Notes under the pieces: model-generated
Databases searched by the model: none
What the model saw: the letters and a program-made list of their open reading frames with translations, nothing else
What the model was told of the DNA's origin: nothing
Shown here: positions 14,051-26,600 of the stretch, piece by piece
Layout: each line of letters begins with the position of its first letter
How positions within the stretch are numbered: the stretch's first letter is position 1
Position numbers and translations under genes: made by a program
NCBI GenBank assembly: GCA_040954595.2
Contig: CM082576.2
Span: 14,387,129 to 14,451,128 of the forward strand
Length of the DNA stretch: 64,000 nt
Direction: 5' to 3'
DNA from: Balanoglossus misakiensis
Lineage: Eukaryota; Animalia; Hemichordata

Positions 14051-14452
14051 CTAAGCACGCTTCAGGTAACGCTTTCCGACGACGCCAACGCCATCCTTCG
14101 AGAGGGTGCAGATCATTTCGTCTCCGTTGACTTCACGTGTCTCAACCACGGTGCCTGCGTCGACTCCCTTGATGGTCAGCTTGTTGCCATCGACGCTTGC
14201 GACGGCCATCCTCTCTTTGCCGATCGGAGCGAACGTCTCCTTGAACGGCTCTCCGGGCTTGAACCTCTGCTCGATGACGTTGCCTTTTGGTCCGGTCATC
14301 TTGATGACGAAGAAACCCCCTTCTTCAAGACATTCGACTGATGTTTTGGCTTCAGCGGCGCTTTCTGCCTTCTCTGGTGGCGCTCCGGCGGCCAGCAGGA
14401 ATTCCTTCATGTTCTCGCTCTTGACGTAGCTCCACTTGCCGAGGTATGCCAT
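14051..14452 (-). CDS. FABP: FABP/iLBP array copy 2 (133 aa, uninterrupted CDS)
   Basis: Near-identical to copy 1. The start is the ATG at 14452 (MAYLGKW); the ORF-track extension to 14590 runs through the 5' UTR and promoter. Confidence 0.93.
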   Translation of the reverse strand: MAYLGKWSYVKSENMKEFLLAAGAPPEKAESAAEAKTSVECLEEGGFFVIKMTGPKGNVIEQRFKPGEPFKETFAPIGKERMAVASVDGNKLTIKGVDAGTVVETREVNGDEMICTLSKDGVGVVGKRYLKRA

Positions 14453-14564
14453 GACTGGATCGTTGAGATGGAATAGCAAAAAAAAGAAGACTTCAGCTGG
14501 AGTGGTGTGATGGAGATGATGAGAGTGACTCCGGTGCTTGTAACGACAAAGTTTGGCGTGCTGG

Positions 14565-14621
14565 AGGTGTCTTTCAGTTGGTCCTACCACCGTTTAAATA
14601 ATCCTTCGCATGCAAATAAGG
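14565..14621 (-). promoter_or_regulatory. FABP copy 2 core promoter: TATTTAAA and CCTTATTTGCAT
   Basis: TATA-like box at 14593-14600, octamer at 14610-14617. Confidence 0.6.
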
Positions 14622-17600
14622 CTTGGACCATTTCTAAATCAAGGTCTTTCGATTGGCGAGCCACGCAGCGAAACACCACGCGTTTCGAAAACGTATTTTG
14701 CGAATAAAAGGCATTTAACAGATTCACTCAGTACACCGAATAATGGAGACATAACTGACCCAAACTAGAGAGACAGAAGATGCGTCCGCGATGCCCAACG
14801 TTTTATTACTGTTAACTTTCCCCCGCTGAAATTAGTTAGACCCAGCCCATATATCTTCAGTTCTTATATAGACGACTGTTTATCTGACTTATCATGATTT
14901 TAGACCAAGATATTGCCCATATGATTTACAAGACGTGTGAGTGTGGTGCCTTTATCCTCGACTGCATTCCTTTACATTATTAATAATTGAACAAGGTACC
15001 TTTGGAATACACGTATACAGAATGGGGTCATTTAAAGTTGGAGCTACATTTAAGACGTTCTTACAGTCAAGAAAAACGATAGATCAATTTCTAAATTAAG
15101 AACAGTATCTCAAGAAATGCATAAACTCTCCCCAGGATGCAAGTTAGTCGCGCGTCATCGTTGTCTCTTAGAACCATGGCAACGAGTGTTTTATCCGTGA
15201 TCAAACATGTAGACTCAGCAAGCTACTATATGTATATACAATGTACATGTACTAATATACTGCTTCACCTGGCCATTGACTCTATAATTTCAATTGATCG
15301 GACAAGGAAAACAGACTGAGAAATATTTTAAGAAAAAAGTGTAGCCAAGGCACTATGACTTGCTTGTAGTATGAATACGACAGGGTTTCGGCGTGCTCAT
15401 TCATTCGACCTAATGTCATAAAGTTTATTGCCCCTAAATTTCCCCTCAGTGCATTTCATGGCAACGTAAAGCCGGGCGAACTTTGCCATACATTGATTTT
15501 TTATATTGTACATGAAAACGTAGTTCGTAGAGTGTATAATGGTACTTTGTGAACCTGTTTTCACCAATGGCATTAATCTTATTTTCTTTATATTAACAGA
15601 AAATTCAAATGCCCAAACATTAATATTAATATTGTCAGCTGCTTGAGACCACAGGGTTTGAAAAGCCTTGAAAGTGTTTTCGCTTCTTCATCGACTGATT
15701 CACCGGTCAGCAATGAAGAGGGATTCCGGAGCGATATGTGCGCGCTCCACGCTTCTTATTCCCTGAAAACACAGAATTACGGATAGTACACTCCATTTTA
15801 AAGCGTCGCGTGTTGTTCTGTTTTCCCCCCAGACGTGCGGTACCACTGAGCCAAACAACCATTCTTGATGGGCGTCTTGGAGTTGCAACCCGATAGTCGA
15901 GCAATGTGGGTGACAGTTCACGCTGATAAGGAACTGGAAAACCAGTTGCGTTCCAGTGTAAGTCATAATCCGTTATATTTCAATCAAAGTGGACTGTCTA
16001 CACTGATTTATTATTCGGAGTCATTTATGGTCGACCTTTATGTTATTAATTCACTGCATATGAATTGTGTTTTTTTTAATATAGATTTTTTTTGCGATGG
16101 AGGTATTTAAGGACCTTCCGGCAATTTCTGGCGCAGAGAACCTTCTCGTGAGCTGGCAAATTACGAAGAAAATGAGGTGAGTTTTATCATTATCAAACGG
16201 ATAAATCGATTTTTGAGCATTACTGCTCGACTCATCACCCAGAAAGCATGCTTTGGTGTCTGAAGTCAACAACGAACACTGTCCGTATTTGTTATGCAGG
16301 ATGTGTTTTGTTGAAGCTAGGTTATATTGTCAAATTTTTTAAGTTCTGTTTTATTTTTTTTAATCTGAGGTAGTTTACCATACACTCGGGTATTTGCATG
16401 GGCGTTATCTTTCATCTCTGAAAATGTAAAATTTCCACGTGTGTTGTGCACTTTAAGTTTCCAGGGCTAAAATGACTCAGAGCAGCTATACTCTTTTACG
16501 TCATATATTGTGTTTTCTTAAGTCGACATCTACGCAAAAAATATCAAAGCAGATAAATCGACAAGAATCTATCTTGTCTTCAAGAGCGAAAACAACTGAA
16601 AGTTTGCTCAACATGAAGATAATAAGGCGAAAAAAATTAGTGTATAAACAGTTTCTTTAGAAAGCAAGATTATACCCTATATGATTAGTGCATTTCACGC
16701 ATGCAACCAATTCAAATTATCCTTTACTTAATTACACGCGCGTCGTCGCATCCTTTTGATCACTTTAAGTATCAAACGTAAGTGTTCGTGGACGTCGAGT
16801 AACGTTAACACTTAAAAAGGAACTGCCTCGTGTAAATACTGCAAGATACTTTGAATGAGGTGAATAATAAATTTAGCGGAACTTGATATAAATTCCTGTT
16901 TCAGTTTGCAATTTAGCTATTAAACCACCGTGTGTATAAATAAGCGAATTCTGTTTTCCAACTGCATTACCTAAAAATCATGTTGACTAGTTAGCTACCT
17001 AGCTAATAGACGTGTTCTGCTGTATATAGTTTATTTATCTGCACCACTGTTCTAAATACATGTACTACATGATTCAGGCGGGCATTTCATGGCTTGTTAA
17101 CAAGCTGGTGAGTCTGACTTCTCTTTTTGCCGGTGGTGGCGCTGTGTATTCCCATACACAGCACAGACAGCTCTAACGCTGAGAAGAAAATATTAAATCC
17201 TCCTATAGTACCCCGTCTTTCTTCTAAGATCAATATCTTCCATGTGATGACAATGTAGCAAATATAGCAGAAAAAAGTATTCACAGATTATGATATGAAT
17301 TTACAGACCCTGTAAAATCGCAGAATTTCAGGTCTGGATAGTTTCATAAATTCAGAACCTGTGTTCACACATCACAGTATTTACAGTCTGCATTTCTTGT
17401 TCGCTATAAGAGCGGGTCGTGCTGGTTGCTAGACCCAACAAAAATAGAATGTAAATACAAACGAGGAACGGGGTCAACATGAAAATCATTGACCATTTAC
17501 TAAAATAGTTCACGATAATTGATGATACCCAATATCAATTAAACCATAGAATGCCTTGCGGACTTTGACACAAAGCCCTACAGCTTCAGAGAGAGGCTAC

Positions 17601-18354
17601 AGTGATTGACAATAGTGATGATACGGGTATTTGATATCGGACATCAACGCCAACAGACTCAAACTGTGGGTTATACATGTACTAGGGCGGTTACACAAAC
17701 AATGGCGCTTGGTGTCCTGGTCACACCACACTATGACACCTAGAAGTCAGGGACCTAATACAGTAACCTTACATGAATCCAGGTGCAGTGGATACTATCT
17801 TTCAATTCATCATCCGGTATACAAATCAGGGGGTGCTACAGCTTGGCTCTGTAAACCTCATTTGGCTTATACATTCTTTGAGTGAGGTACACATATTACA
17901 TTGTACATGTATTCAGATTAGATTTCTGGGAGGACCAGTGATATACTAGTAGTGCCTGACCAGGACAAGGAATCTGCCTTCAAATTCCGCCATGTCTTGC
18001 GATTTTGTGACAAACGCATATTGATATCACACACAAAAATGACCAAACACGAAATGACACCTGATTCACAAGCCTTGTTTCCACCTCCTGGTTGTAAATA
18101 AATAAACAAAAACAGAATCTCGGATAAAAAAAGCAGTTTTAATGCATGTTTTGATTTACAAGGGATTTCACAAAAGCGTTTGCATGAGTTTTTATACACC
18201 AGTCATATAGGGTATATAATACATCTTAATATCGAAAACATGGATGAACAAGCGTAGGAATCTAAAACATGTGAGCGCAGAAGGCGAATAGAGTGTTCTT
18301 GAACGTCATTGCACATCAGCAGTATATTTTCAGAGTCTATATTCTGTGTCTAGT

Positions 18355-18756
18355 CTAAGCGCGCTTCAGGTAGCGCTTTCCAACAATTGGTACGCCATCC
18401 TTCGACACAGTGCAGACCATTTCGTCTCCGTTGACTTCGCGTGTCTCCACCACGGTGCCTGCGTCCACTCCTTTGATGGTCAGCTTGTTGCCCTCGATGG
18501 TCCCAACCGCCATCCTCTCTTTGCCGATCGGAGCGAACGTCTCCTTGAATGGCTCTCCGGGCTTGAACCTCTGCTCGACGGTGTTGCCTTTTGGTCCGGT
18601 CATCTTGATGACGAAGAAGTCTCCATCCTTGAGGCACTCGACTGACGCCTGCGCGTCGGCCGCGCCTTCCGCCTTCTCTGGTGGTGCCCCGGCGGCCAGC
18701 AGGAATTCCTTCATGTTCTCGCTCTTCACGTAGGTCCACTTGCCAGCGAAAGCCAT
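18355..18756 (-). CDS. FABP: FABP/iLBP array copy 3 (133 aa, uninterrupted CDS)
   Basis: MAFAGKW...KRYLKRA; same motifs as copy 1, intact ORF. Confidence 0.93.
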   Translation of the reverse strand: MAFAGKWTYVKSENMKEFLLAAGAPPEKAEGAADAQASVECLKDGDFFVIKMTGPKGNTVEQRFKPGEPFKETFAPIGKERMAVGTIEGNKLTIKGVDAGTVVETREVNGDEMVCTVSKDGVPIVGKRYLKRA

Positions 18757-18829
18757 GACTGCAGGGATGGAGAGGGTTTACTTTGCAAGAGAAAGAAGAC
18801 TTCAGATGGAGCGTTGATGACAATGCCGA

Positions 18830-18888
18830 GAGTGACACTTATGCCTCCCAGTGCAACCCTTTATATAGGAGTGTATATGTAAATAAGG
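18830..18888 (-). promoter_or_regulatory. FABP copy 3 core promoter: Inr, TATATAAA, octamer variant ATTTACAT
   Basis: Inr A at 18833, TATA at 18860-18867, octamer variant at 18877-18884. Confidence 0.65.
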
Positions 18889-21191
18889 ATTAACCATAAC
18901 AGACCTTTGAGGAAAAGTACATGGCCTTGAGACAGGCAAGTGAATTGCACGTGATATTTTCATTCTGTCAATGACAACAATCATAATTTTACAAAATGAA
19001 AACACTGCATTAACGGTTCAAAGAAAACAGTAAACGTTACTCACCGAAATTATGTATCATCCTCCTTTACTACATAATAACCCTACCTGTGATAAAAATG
19101 GTTGATTCTGAATTCCCTTTACCCTTGTCCCGCATTCAAAATTTTTAACTTTTCTATTAAAATTTTGCTTGTGACGTCATACCTCGTTACATTGTAGGCT
19201 TGACTATGGAAAAATAATAGACTGTAAAGTGGGACAAAGTTGACAGCACCAAGTGATGGGGGAAAAGACGTGAACTTTAATCACAGTGCAGTGAGCTCTT
19301 TCTCTCTCTCTTCTTCTTCACCCCGGGACATTGACGAACAATGGGGTAGGTGGCAGCACAGAAGAGCAAGATTTCAATGTTATATTCGGTTAAAATGAGT
19401 TGTTTAAACGTCGAGATGGACATAAACGTCAAGACCGACATGTACAAAATGGCGTGTGCTCTCAGGTGAATACGGTTTCCTGGGCGGTCACGTGACATGC
19501 ATTTCTGGCAACACCTGATGTAAAGCGCTGATTTACCAAAAATAACTACAAAATCGTCTCCCTGGTTTCTTTGTTTTCGTACTAGTGTATCATACATCCT
19601 CAACCGATGGACATTTAATAAAAAAAATCATTTCAATCTGAAATGTGTTTGCTGGGGGTCTACGACGGGCGTGGCACTTGCCTGCACCTACCCATGTTTA
19701 TCCCGCCTTACGGTCTTTGGAACGACACCACTTTTCTAGCAATACAAGTGGTGTAATACAAAATCTTTCAACTGGTCTAGGGATTCAATATGGTTCTCCT
19801 GACACTGTCTAGCCTTTGGAAATATGTCACACCCAAGCCACTGATCTGTCCGAAATGGGTCTTAGACAATTGACCCTGCATTAAACTTTGGCCCAGTTTC
19901 AAACACTACATGCCTTTGTAGCATTTACATGACCATCATTGCCACCATTCCGTCATGTTTCCCGACGACTAGTATCTACAAATACATTTTTTGGTAAATT
20001 AATGTGTCCCCCTTCCTACATTTTGGTAAATTTCAAAACGGTTCGATAGAATAACTCGTTCTGCTATGTTAGTGTAACTGTCAAAAATTGACGATAGCAC
20101 CAGGAGCTGGCATGCAAATGCGTGTTCCTGACAGTAGTTGTCGATACAATGTGAAAGATGACAGCAAGGAATTCGTGAATTTTTGTCTGCCAAGTGGTAC
20201 GTTGGTACCAACGTGACACTTTTAATTTTTCTTCCAGGGTCTCTTCCCATTCTGCGAGTGCCTTAATGTGGTGGATCTGATATTTATATACCATAAGTTT
20301 TTATCATCCATCTCTTAAACTTTTCTCAAAACATCCACTGCAGACGTTACGGTAAAACGGCCAGGCATATATGAAGATACACCTTGACGGTTATTTTCCA
20401 TTCAGAAAATATTATCCAAGGAACATTCAGAACATGTTGACTACTGAAAATTTACGTGGTGGGGAAACTGTGAACTGTAGTGACCTATTCAGGGTTGCCT
20501 TTGTTATCATAGTGATAAAGGAGGGTGCATCGAACATTGTTGACACGAGATAATTAAGTGCAGGGTTTCCCTACAGCTGATCCCGATTGAAAATTTGGTT
20601 TTGGTGTGATGATTTTTGCAATAGACTATTCACAATATTATGAGACTGACTTTATTACGTGGAAAAGTGCGTGAATTGTATCGTCGGAAGTTGCAATTTT
20701 AGCTTACTATAGTTATATTCAAGACCCCCAGATTTGTACATGTACATGTACTATGATTACGGGTCTACCATTAGTCTAGATGTTTGGTGATAACGTGTTT
20801 CTGCATCAAGACCCTGGACACAGTGTGGACAAAGTTCGATGAATGTTAATCTGAAGTTGGATCGGTCAGACTTTATTCGCTTTAGTATAGTAGAATAAGC
20901 ACTATAGAAGTCCTTTCATGGAATGTTCGGTGTTATGATGAGTCTGCTGGCAAAATAATAGAAATCAGGTGTTGTATACCAATTGATGTTGATAACAGCT
21001 TTACTTGATGAGTACTTAGATTGGAATTACCACTTGGCAATGTTATCCTGCGTGATAAATTATTGTCTGAGAATAGCCCCATTGAATGGAGTGACCATCA
21101 GCAGTAAGGACTGCTAATGGCGTACTTGAAACGCACTTGAAACAGTTACCATTATCATTGTCATCCCTATTCTGAGTGCTAAATCATATAA

Positions 21192-21272
21192 TGGGCCATC
21201 CCAAGCAGAAAGGGGTGTTATGGGAGCGCGATACTTATGACCATAAGACCCCTTTCTGCTTGGGATGGCCCA
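21192..21272. repeat. Hairpin with 32-bp arms (1 mismatch) and a 17-nt loop
   Basis: 21192-21223 is the reverse complement of 21241-21272. Confidence 0.8.
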
Positions 21273-23117
21273 ATTATTTTCTTTAAACGCAGAGTGAATT
21301 CAGGTGGTGAAAAGTGCTATTCGTTAAGCCAACCGAACTGTTTAAGATAGTTACGGGATACTCCTTTAGCAAAGGGTACGGGTCTGGGCTGCCCAGATGA
21401 GCAAATTTTCACCTAAAAGATCCGTAATCATCAGTCGACTTTTCATCCGTATAAAAGAAATCAGGTAAACTCATACCAACAAAGTGCCAGGATGTAAAGG
21501 TCAGCGAGGGGTCATGAAAGTGGCCAATTGACTTCTTATTTGAAAATTCATTTGGCTGTGGACCAACATTTCCATAATCACTGCGACAAAATTTGTTGAA
21601 AATTGTCATTGAACCAGAGTATAAAATCATTGTATTGGTTAATTCATATCGGTCTGTTGTGATATAACGAGATGAATACATTAAAAGGTTATATTTTCCG
21701 TTTTCCAAAAGTGTCATTTTGGGACTAGAAATAAGACGGACTTTATATTGTAAAAACAATGAATGTGTATTTTATTCCCGACGATGGACTGACAGTTTCA
21801 GATTCTGTTTTGTAACAAAATTAGAGAATACGTTTCTCTTATGTGGACTTGATTTACATCGTATAATAAATTGAATACACTTCGGAAAAATGTGTTCCTA
21901 GTTACTATCATGACTATAGCGTGTGTGGAGTGAATGCGTATATAAGCCGTGTATGGGATCACGAGGCGAGTAGTAACCGAAACTTAGTATCGAAACTCAC
22001 CCAAGGCAAACAAACAAACAAACATACGAAAGGTAATTAGTAAAATTGAGAGACGGCGAACAACTGAATTAGTCGAGAATCTCTATTAAGACAGGCAACC
22101 AGTGGGGTGGCCTAAGAATGACCTAGCACATAAGGAATACCAGCTTTGCGGCTGTCAGGTTTTTTTTTCAAATAACTGTATTTGTTAAAAAAAAAAAATA
22201 GTGCACCTTTGTATGAACCATATTGCTAATTAATTAATGCCAGGTCCATAAATAACCTCTTGGTTGGCCTAGAGTTTACAGGGTGTGGCTTACTCCGCCA
22301 CAAGTTTGACGATTTGTTTCATCATCAGACCACGGTCAGCGAATTGAACGACATTTTTCGGCATTGTCTCGTCAGTTTTTCTGGCCAGATTTTTGGCAAA
22401 TCAAAATGACACGATTTGTTAAATCAATTTTTTACCCCGTATTCAAAAAGTATCGCCTCTGGTGTTAATAACTGCCCTTTACGTGCGATCCAAAAAGAGT
22501 CGTAGAATCCTCTGTCTGTAGTTTACTCGTCAACTGAGGTTGATGTCCCCTCTTTTCTGATCAGATGAATAGCTGAACACATTCGGGGGGGGGGGGGGGC
22601 ATATAGTCGCTAACTTTTGAGAACACCGAATCTCGCTGTTCTGCCGACCGAACCGTGTTCTCTCTCTCTCTGCGTATTTGTAGATGTGCCACTATATGTA
22701 GACATTCTTCTGGAAGATACCCCAGATTTCATACAATATTCACGCCAGATATGTGCCTGTTCCAAAGGCACAATCGAGCATAGCTATTGAGGCTAGAGAT
22801 TAACAACGTTTCAGAAATACATATAGACTACACAAGCAACAGCCTAGAGATCCTATGAAACAAAGAAATAGCTAAATGGCTGTTAAAAAAAGAGCGAACT
22901 AATAAAGAAACGAGTAACACGGGTAAGATTTATCAAAGAAGCGACAGCACTTTAATTGCCAAAGATGTTACATACGCAAAGAAAATGTCTTCAAAAACAT
23001 CCGTATTTCTAGATATGGTCAGAACGTGTCAGTTTTTAGCACAGTGTCCTTTTCATATTCGAATAATGTCTGTCATTGAAGTAGTGGACGTCACTTCCAG
23101 TGCTGCATGTCCCACAT

Positions 23118-23519
23118 CTAGGCGCGCTTGAAATAGCGTTTTCCAACCACTCCAACGCCGGGCTTGCTGAGAGTAAAAGTCATCTCGTCTCCGTTGACCT
23201 CGCGCGTCTCCACCACGGTGCCCGCCTCGACTCCCTTGATGGTCAGCTTGTTGCCCTCGACGCTTGCGACGGCCTGCCTCTCCTTGCCGAGGGCGGCGAA
23301 TGTCTCCTTGAACGGCTCGCCGGGCTTGAACCTCTGCTCTACGGCGTTGCCTTTCGCCCCGGTGATCTTGACGACGAAGTAGTCTCCATCCTTGGCGCAG
23401 TCAACTGTCGTCTGCGCCTGGGCGGCGTTCTCTGCCTTGTCTGCCGGCGCTCCTGCGGCTAGCATGAACTCTTTGACGTTCTCGCCCTTGACGTAGGTCC
23501 ACTTGCCGGCGAAAGCCAT
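23118..23519 (-). CDS. FABP: FABP/iLBP array copy 4 (133 aa, uninterrupted CDS)
   Basis: MAFAGKW...KRYFKRA; intact ORF, closest to copy 5. Confidence 0.93.
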   Translation of the reverse strand: MAFAGKWTYVKGENVKEFMLAAGAPADKAENAAQAQTTVDCAKDGDYFVVKITGAKGNAVEQRFKPGEPFKETFAALGKERQAVASVEGNKLTIKGVEAGTVVETREVNGDEMTFTLSKPGVGVVGKRYFKRA

Positions 23520-23588
23520 GACTGTTCAGTATATAGCTGTGGTGACTGGTTGGTTGGAGTAGCGCTAAAGCGTGGATGTTGCTGTCGA

Positions 23589-23641
23589 AAGTGACAATTC
23601 TCGGCTCGACCAGCTCAATAAATAAAAGTAAATATGCAAAT
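23589..23641 (-). promoter_or_regulatory. FABP copy 4 core promoter: Inr TCACTT, TATTTAT, octamer
   Basis: Inr A at 23592, TATA-like box at 23617-23624, octamer at 23634-23641. Confidence 0.65.
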
Positions 23642-26600
23642 GACGGGACTTAACTATTTTCTGCAAAGGTAAATCAGTCAGGAATCAAATTATTGTAAAT
23701 GATGTCTGCAACGATTATTTTTGCAAGAAATAGGCACGAATTGCCATATAAATTCATTTTAAAAACAGACATGTATTTTAACATTTTCATTAAATTGAAA
23801 ATGATGAAAATGAGATATTAAATACATGCTTCAACTTTGTTGAAACATACCTTCTTGCAAAATGGTACAGTCTCAATGCCGCTTACCTTTGCCTGACTTT
23901 ATTAGTCACTAACTTTTCCCCGTTACGTTATCGCCCCGACACCGCCATAATTAAAAGTTAATCATCGTCAATATGTCCGACTTCAGAGTTGATCAACCTT
24001 TCCTGATGCCTCAATAATCTTTGACACACATAGAATGAAAAAGGGAGGTTATAAGAATTGGGTCTCTGCTATACCTAGCCCTCCTATAGGAATATGGCAG
24101 TTGGAAGTAAAATGACAGAAACGATTTGGAAAAACCCAGTTGGCAGTGTACGGTATCGTGAGTGTAAATTTTGGTGTTAAGTTACCAGGGGAAAATATCT
24201 CTCGAATTTAGAATTGAGGATTTCTTTTATTAAATGAAAATCCATAATGGTTTGTATTTGTGATGTGGAAGCCTTTTCAGATTGTATTTCACTGAAAACC
24301 GTTCTTTTCCATGAACTTTAACATAGTTTGGACAGTCGGTACAGGCGACGCGAGAGGGTCTAGGTGTTTTATTGAAAAAAAAACGACGCTTGTGCGACTA
24401 ATAGGCTACAAATACGTAACTATATCGGTTCATTTCACGATCTAGTGATTTGCCTATCAGTGTATCTAATTCGAAAACCAAAAAATAGTGTAAAATATTT
24501 CTTTTTCAAATGTTTTTAAAGCGAAGAAAATGGCATGTCGACACAGAAGTAGCTTTTGTGACGTGTTTTCATTATCCTTGTAGAGAGATAGTGTTGAATT
24601 TCGAGGCGCATATCAGCTTTACTTCTATAGTTTGTCGAGAATCATGGTTGTACATGTGCTTTCCTCTCCTTCAATCGTGGTGTTTATAACAGAGCAGTTG
24701 GCCATCTCTTAATTTACACAGAGAAAAAATTCCAATCTAATCCTAATTGGACATCAAAATTAGCACCAACAATTCATTGAAGCGTATACCAAATCAACGT
24801 AAATAATGACGGTTGACGTACATACATCCTATTCTACGTGAGACATACAATGTAGATCTGTTTGTATTTAAATTCACATTTAAAATAATGAATCTTCGTA
24901 AGCTTATTGTTTGTATTGTAACGTGTCCGTCATCATTTTCTTGATCTAATACGGAGTCTAAGAATTGTTAGAGGTTAGTTTCAATGCAATTTTGAGGTTT
25001 TAGGACTGGGGACTACATTGCGTCTTATGGAACTACCACACGTTCGTTTTCATTCTTTCTTGTGCCAGTGCAACTATGATGTATTTTTTAAAAATAACGC
25101 GTTTTAATAAATCAGTGGCGCCAAATGTCGAAATTCCTGTGATCCAGTTTGAAAAAAATACTAGAGGAAGGAATATATTCTTTTCAAGTTCGTGTAACTG
25201 TAGACAATGGTTCTCTCACGTACCACGAGCAGAACATTGGTGTATATCTACATAAGGAGTCTGAAGGAAAAGACCATAATGTACTGTGATATAAAGTGGG
25301 CCACCATAGTGGGTGCAGAAGATAGAATAGCTTTAATGGGGCGCGTGAGGGGCTGATGAGGGATTGACCTGGCGACTGGTGACCCATGAACTTTATACAG
25401 ACTAAGGTAGTCGCAGTCTGGTCAGATGTTAGACGGCGGGTATGCGTCACTGTCTTATCCAACCGAAGTTTTCCATTGATTTCTACCCATGTGCAGACAC
25501 GTTTGGTAGAAACTCCATCTTAAGCCTGGTTACGTTTCTGTGGAATAAAAGAAACCTGTACAGCTCCTTCGTTCTGTATGAACTACTCCAGAGTTTAGTC
25601 TACTTGAATCGACTGTGTGAGAGCTAAATACAACCAACTCACAAAGGCTGTCATAGTAACACCGCCACTCAGCAAATAAATTAAAGTCCAATTATGATGA
25701 CACGTGCCAGATATGACAGTATTTAAGGTAGGGTCGTCGTTCAAAAAAATGCACTTTGGCTTTGGATTTGCTCAGTGGCGCACGGGTAAGTTTAAGTGAC
25801 GTACATGATTACGTTTTTGATGTTCAGACTTTTCTGATAGCGAAAGACATACTTGTGTAGAGTCAGTAGAGTTTAAGTTGATTGTAAAATACGAATCAAA
25901 AGTGCCGAGTCCCAAGCACTTTTCTTTTCCTGTCCATAGAGAAGTAATTGTTGTTGTTGTTCTTGTTGTTGTTGTTTTTTTTTATAAGACCAGCATGAAT
26001 CGAAAAGATGGCCCTTTGAATTATATACGTAATTTGTTATTCTAGTGTCTGTAACTTAGATCATGTGTGATTTGATAAACTTTCAATGATAATCTACATC
26101 GACCATCTGTATTATTGGATACTTCAAAAGAATGCAATAGGTTTATTTTTTTGTTTTAAAATTTAAACATATCCAATGAAAATATTCATAAGAATCCTAT
26201 TCCATCGCATGTATGTTCTTATGTCTCACGATGGGCACTCAACACTGTAACTACCACGCCTTTTTCTGAACGTCCGCAGCTATCTGATAACGGAAATAAA
26301 CTCAACTACACTATTACCGCTTAAAATCTCAGTAAGAACATCTCTTTTTGTTTCACAAGAAATCATTAAATTCCACTGTCTCAAAACAAAAACACGAGTG
26401 ACCAGACGTTACAGATACTATTCTGGTCGTTGGTTGTACCAAAACATGTACATCGGGTTTAAGAAGGGGCAAACTGGATATAAAGAAAAATATTAAACCG
26501 TGTTTGTCTTTGCGCAATTTCAGCATAACAAATTTTGTGTAAAAATGTCAAGTTGGCATTTTTTTGCAAATTGCTTGATTTTCAGTCTAATGATAATAAT

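Noticed and set aside
14453-14590. N-terminal extension of copy 2 (and 44932-45048 for copy 7)
   Set aside because: Starts at a non-ATG codon within the promoter, upstream of the predicted start site; absent in paralogs
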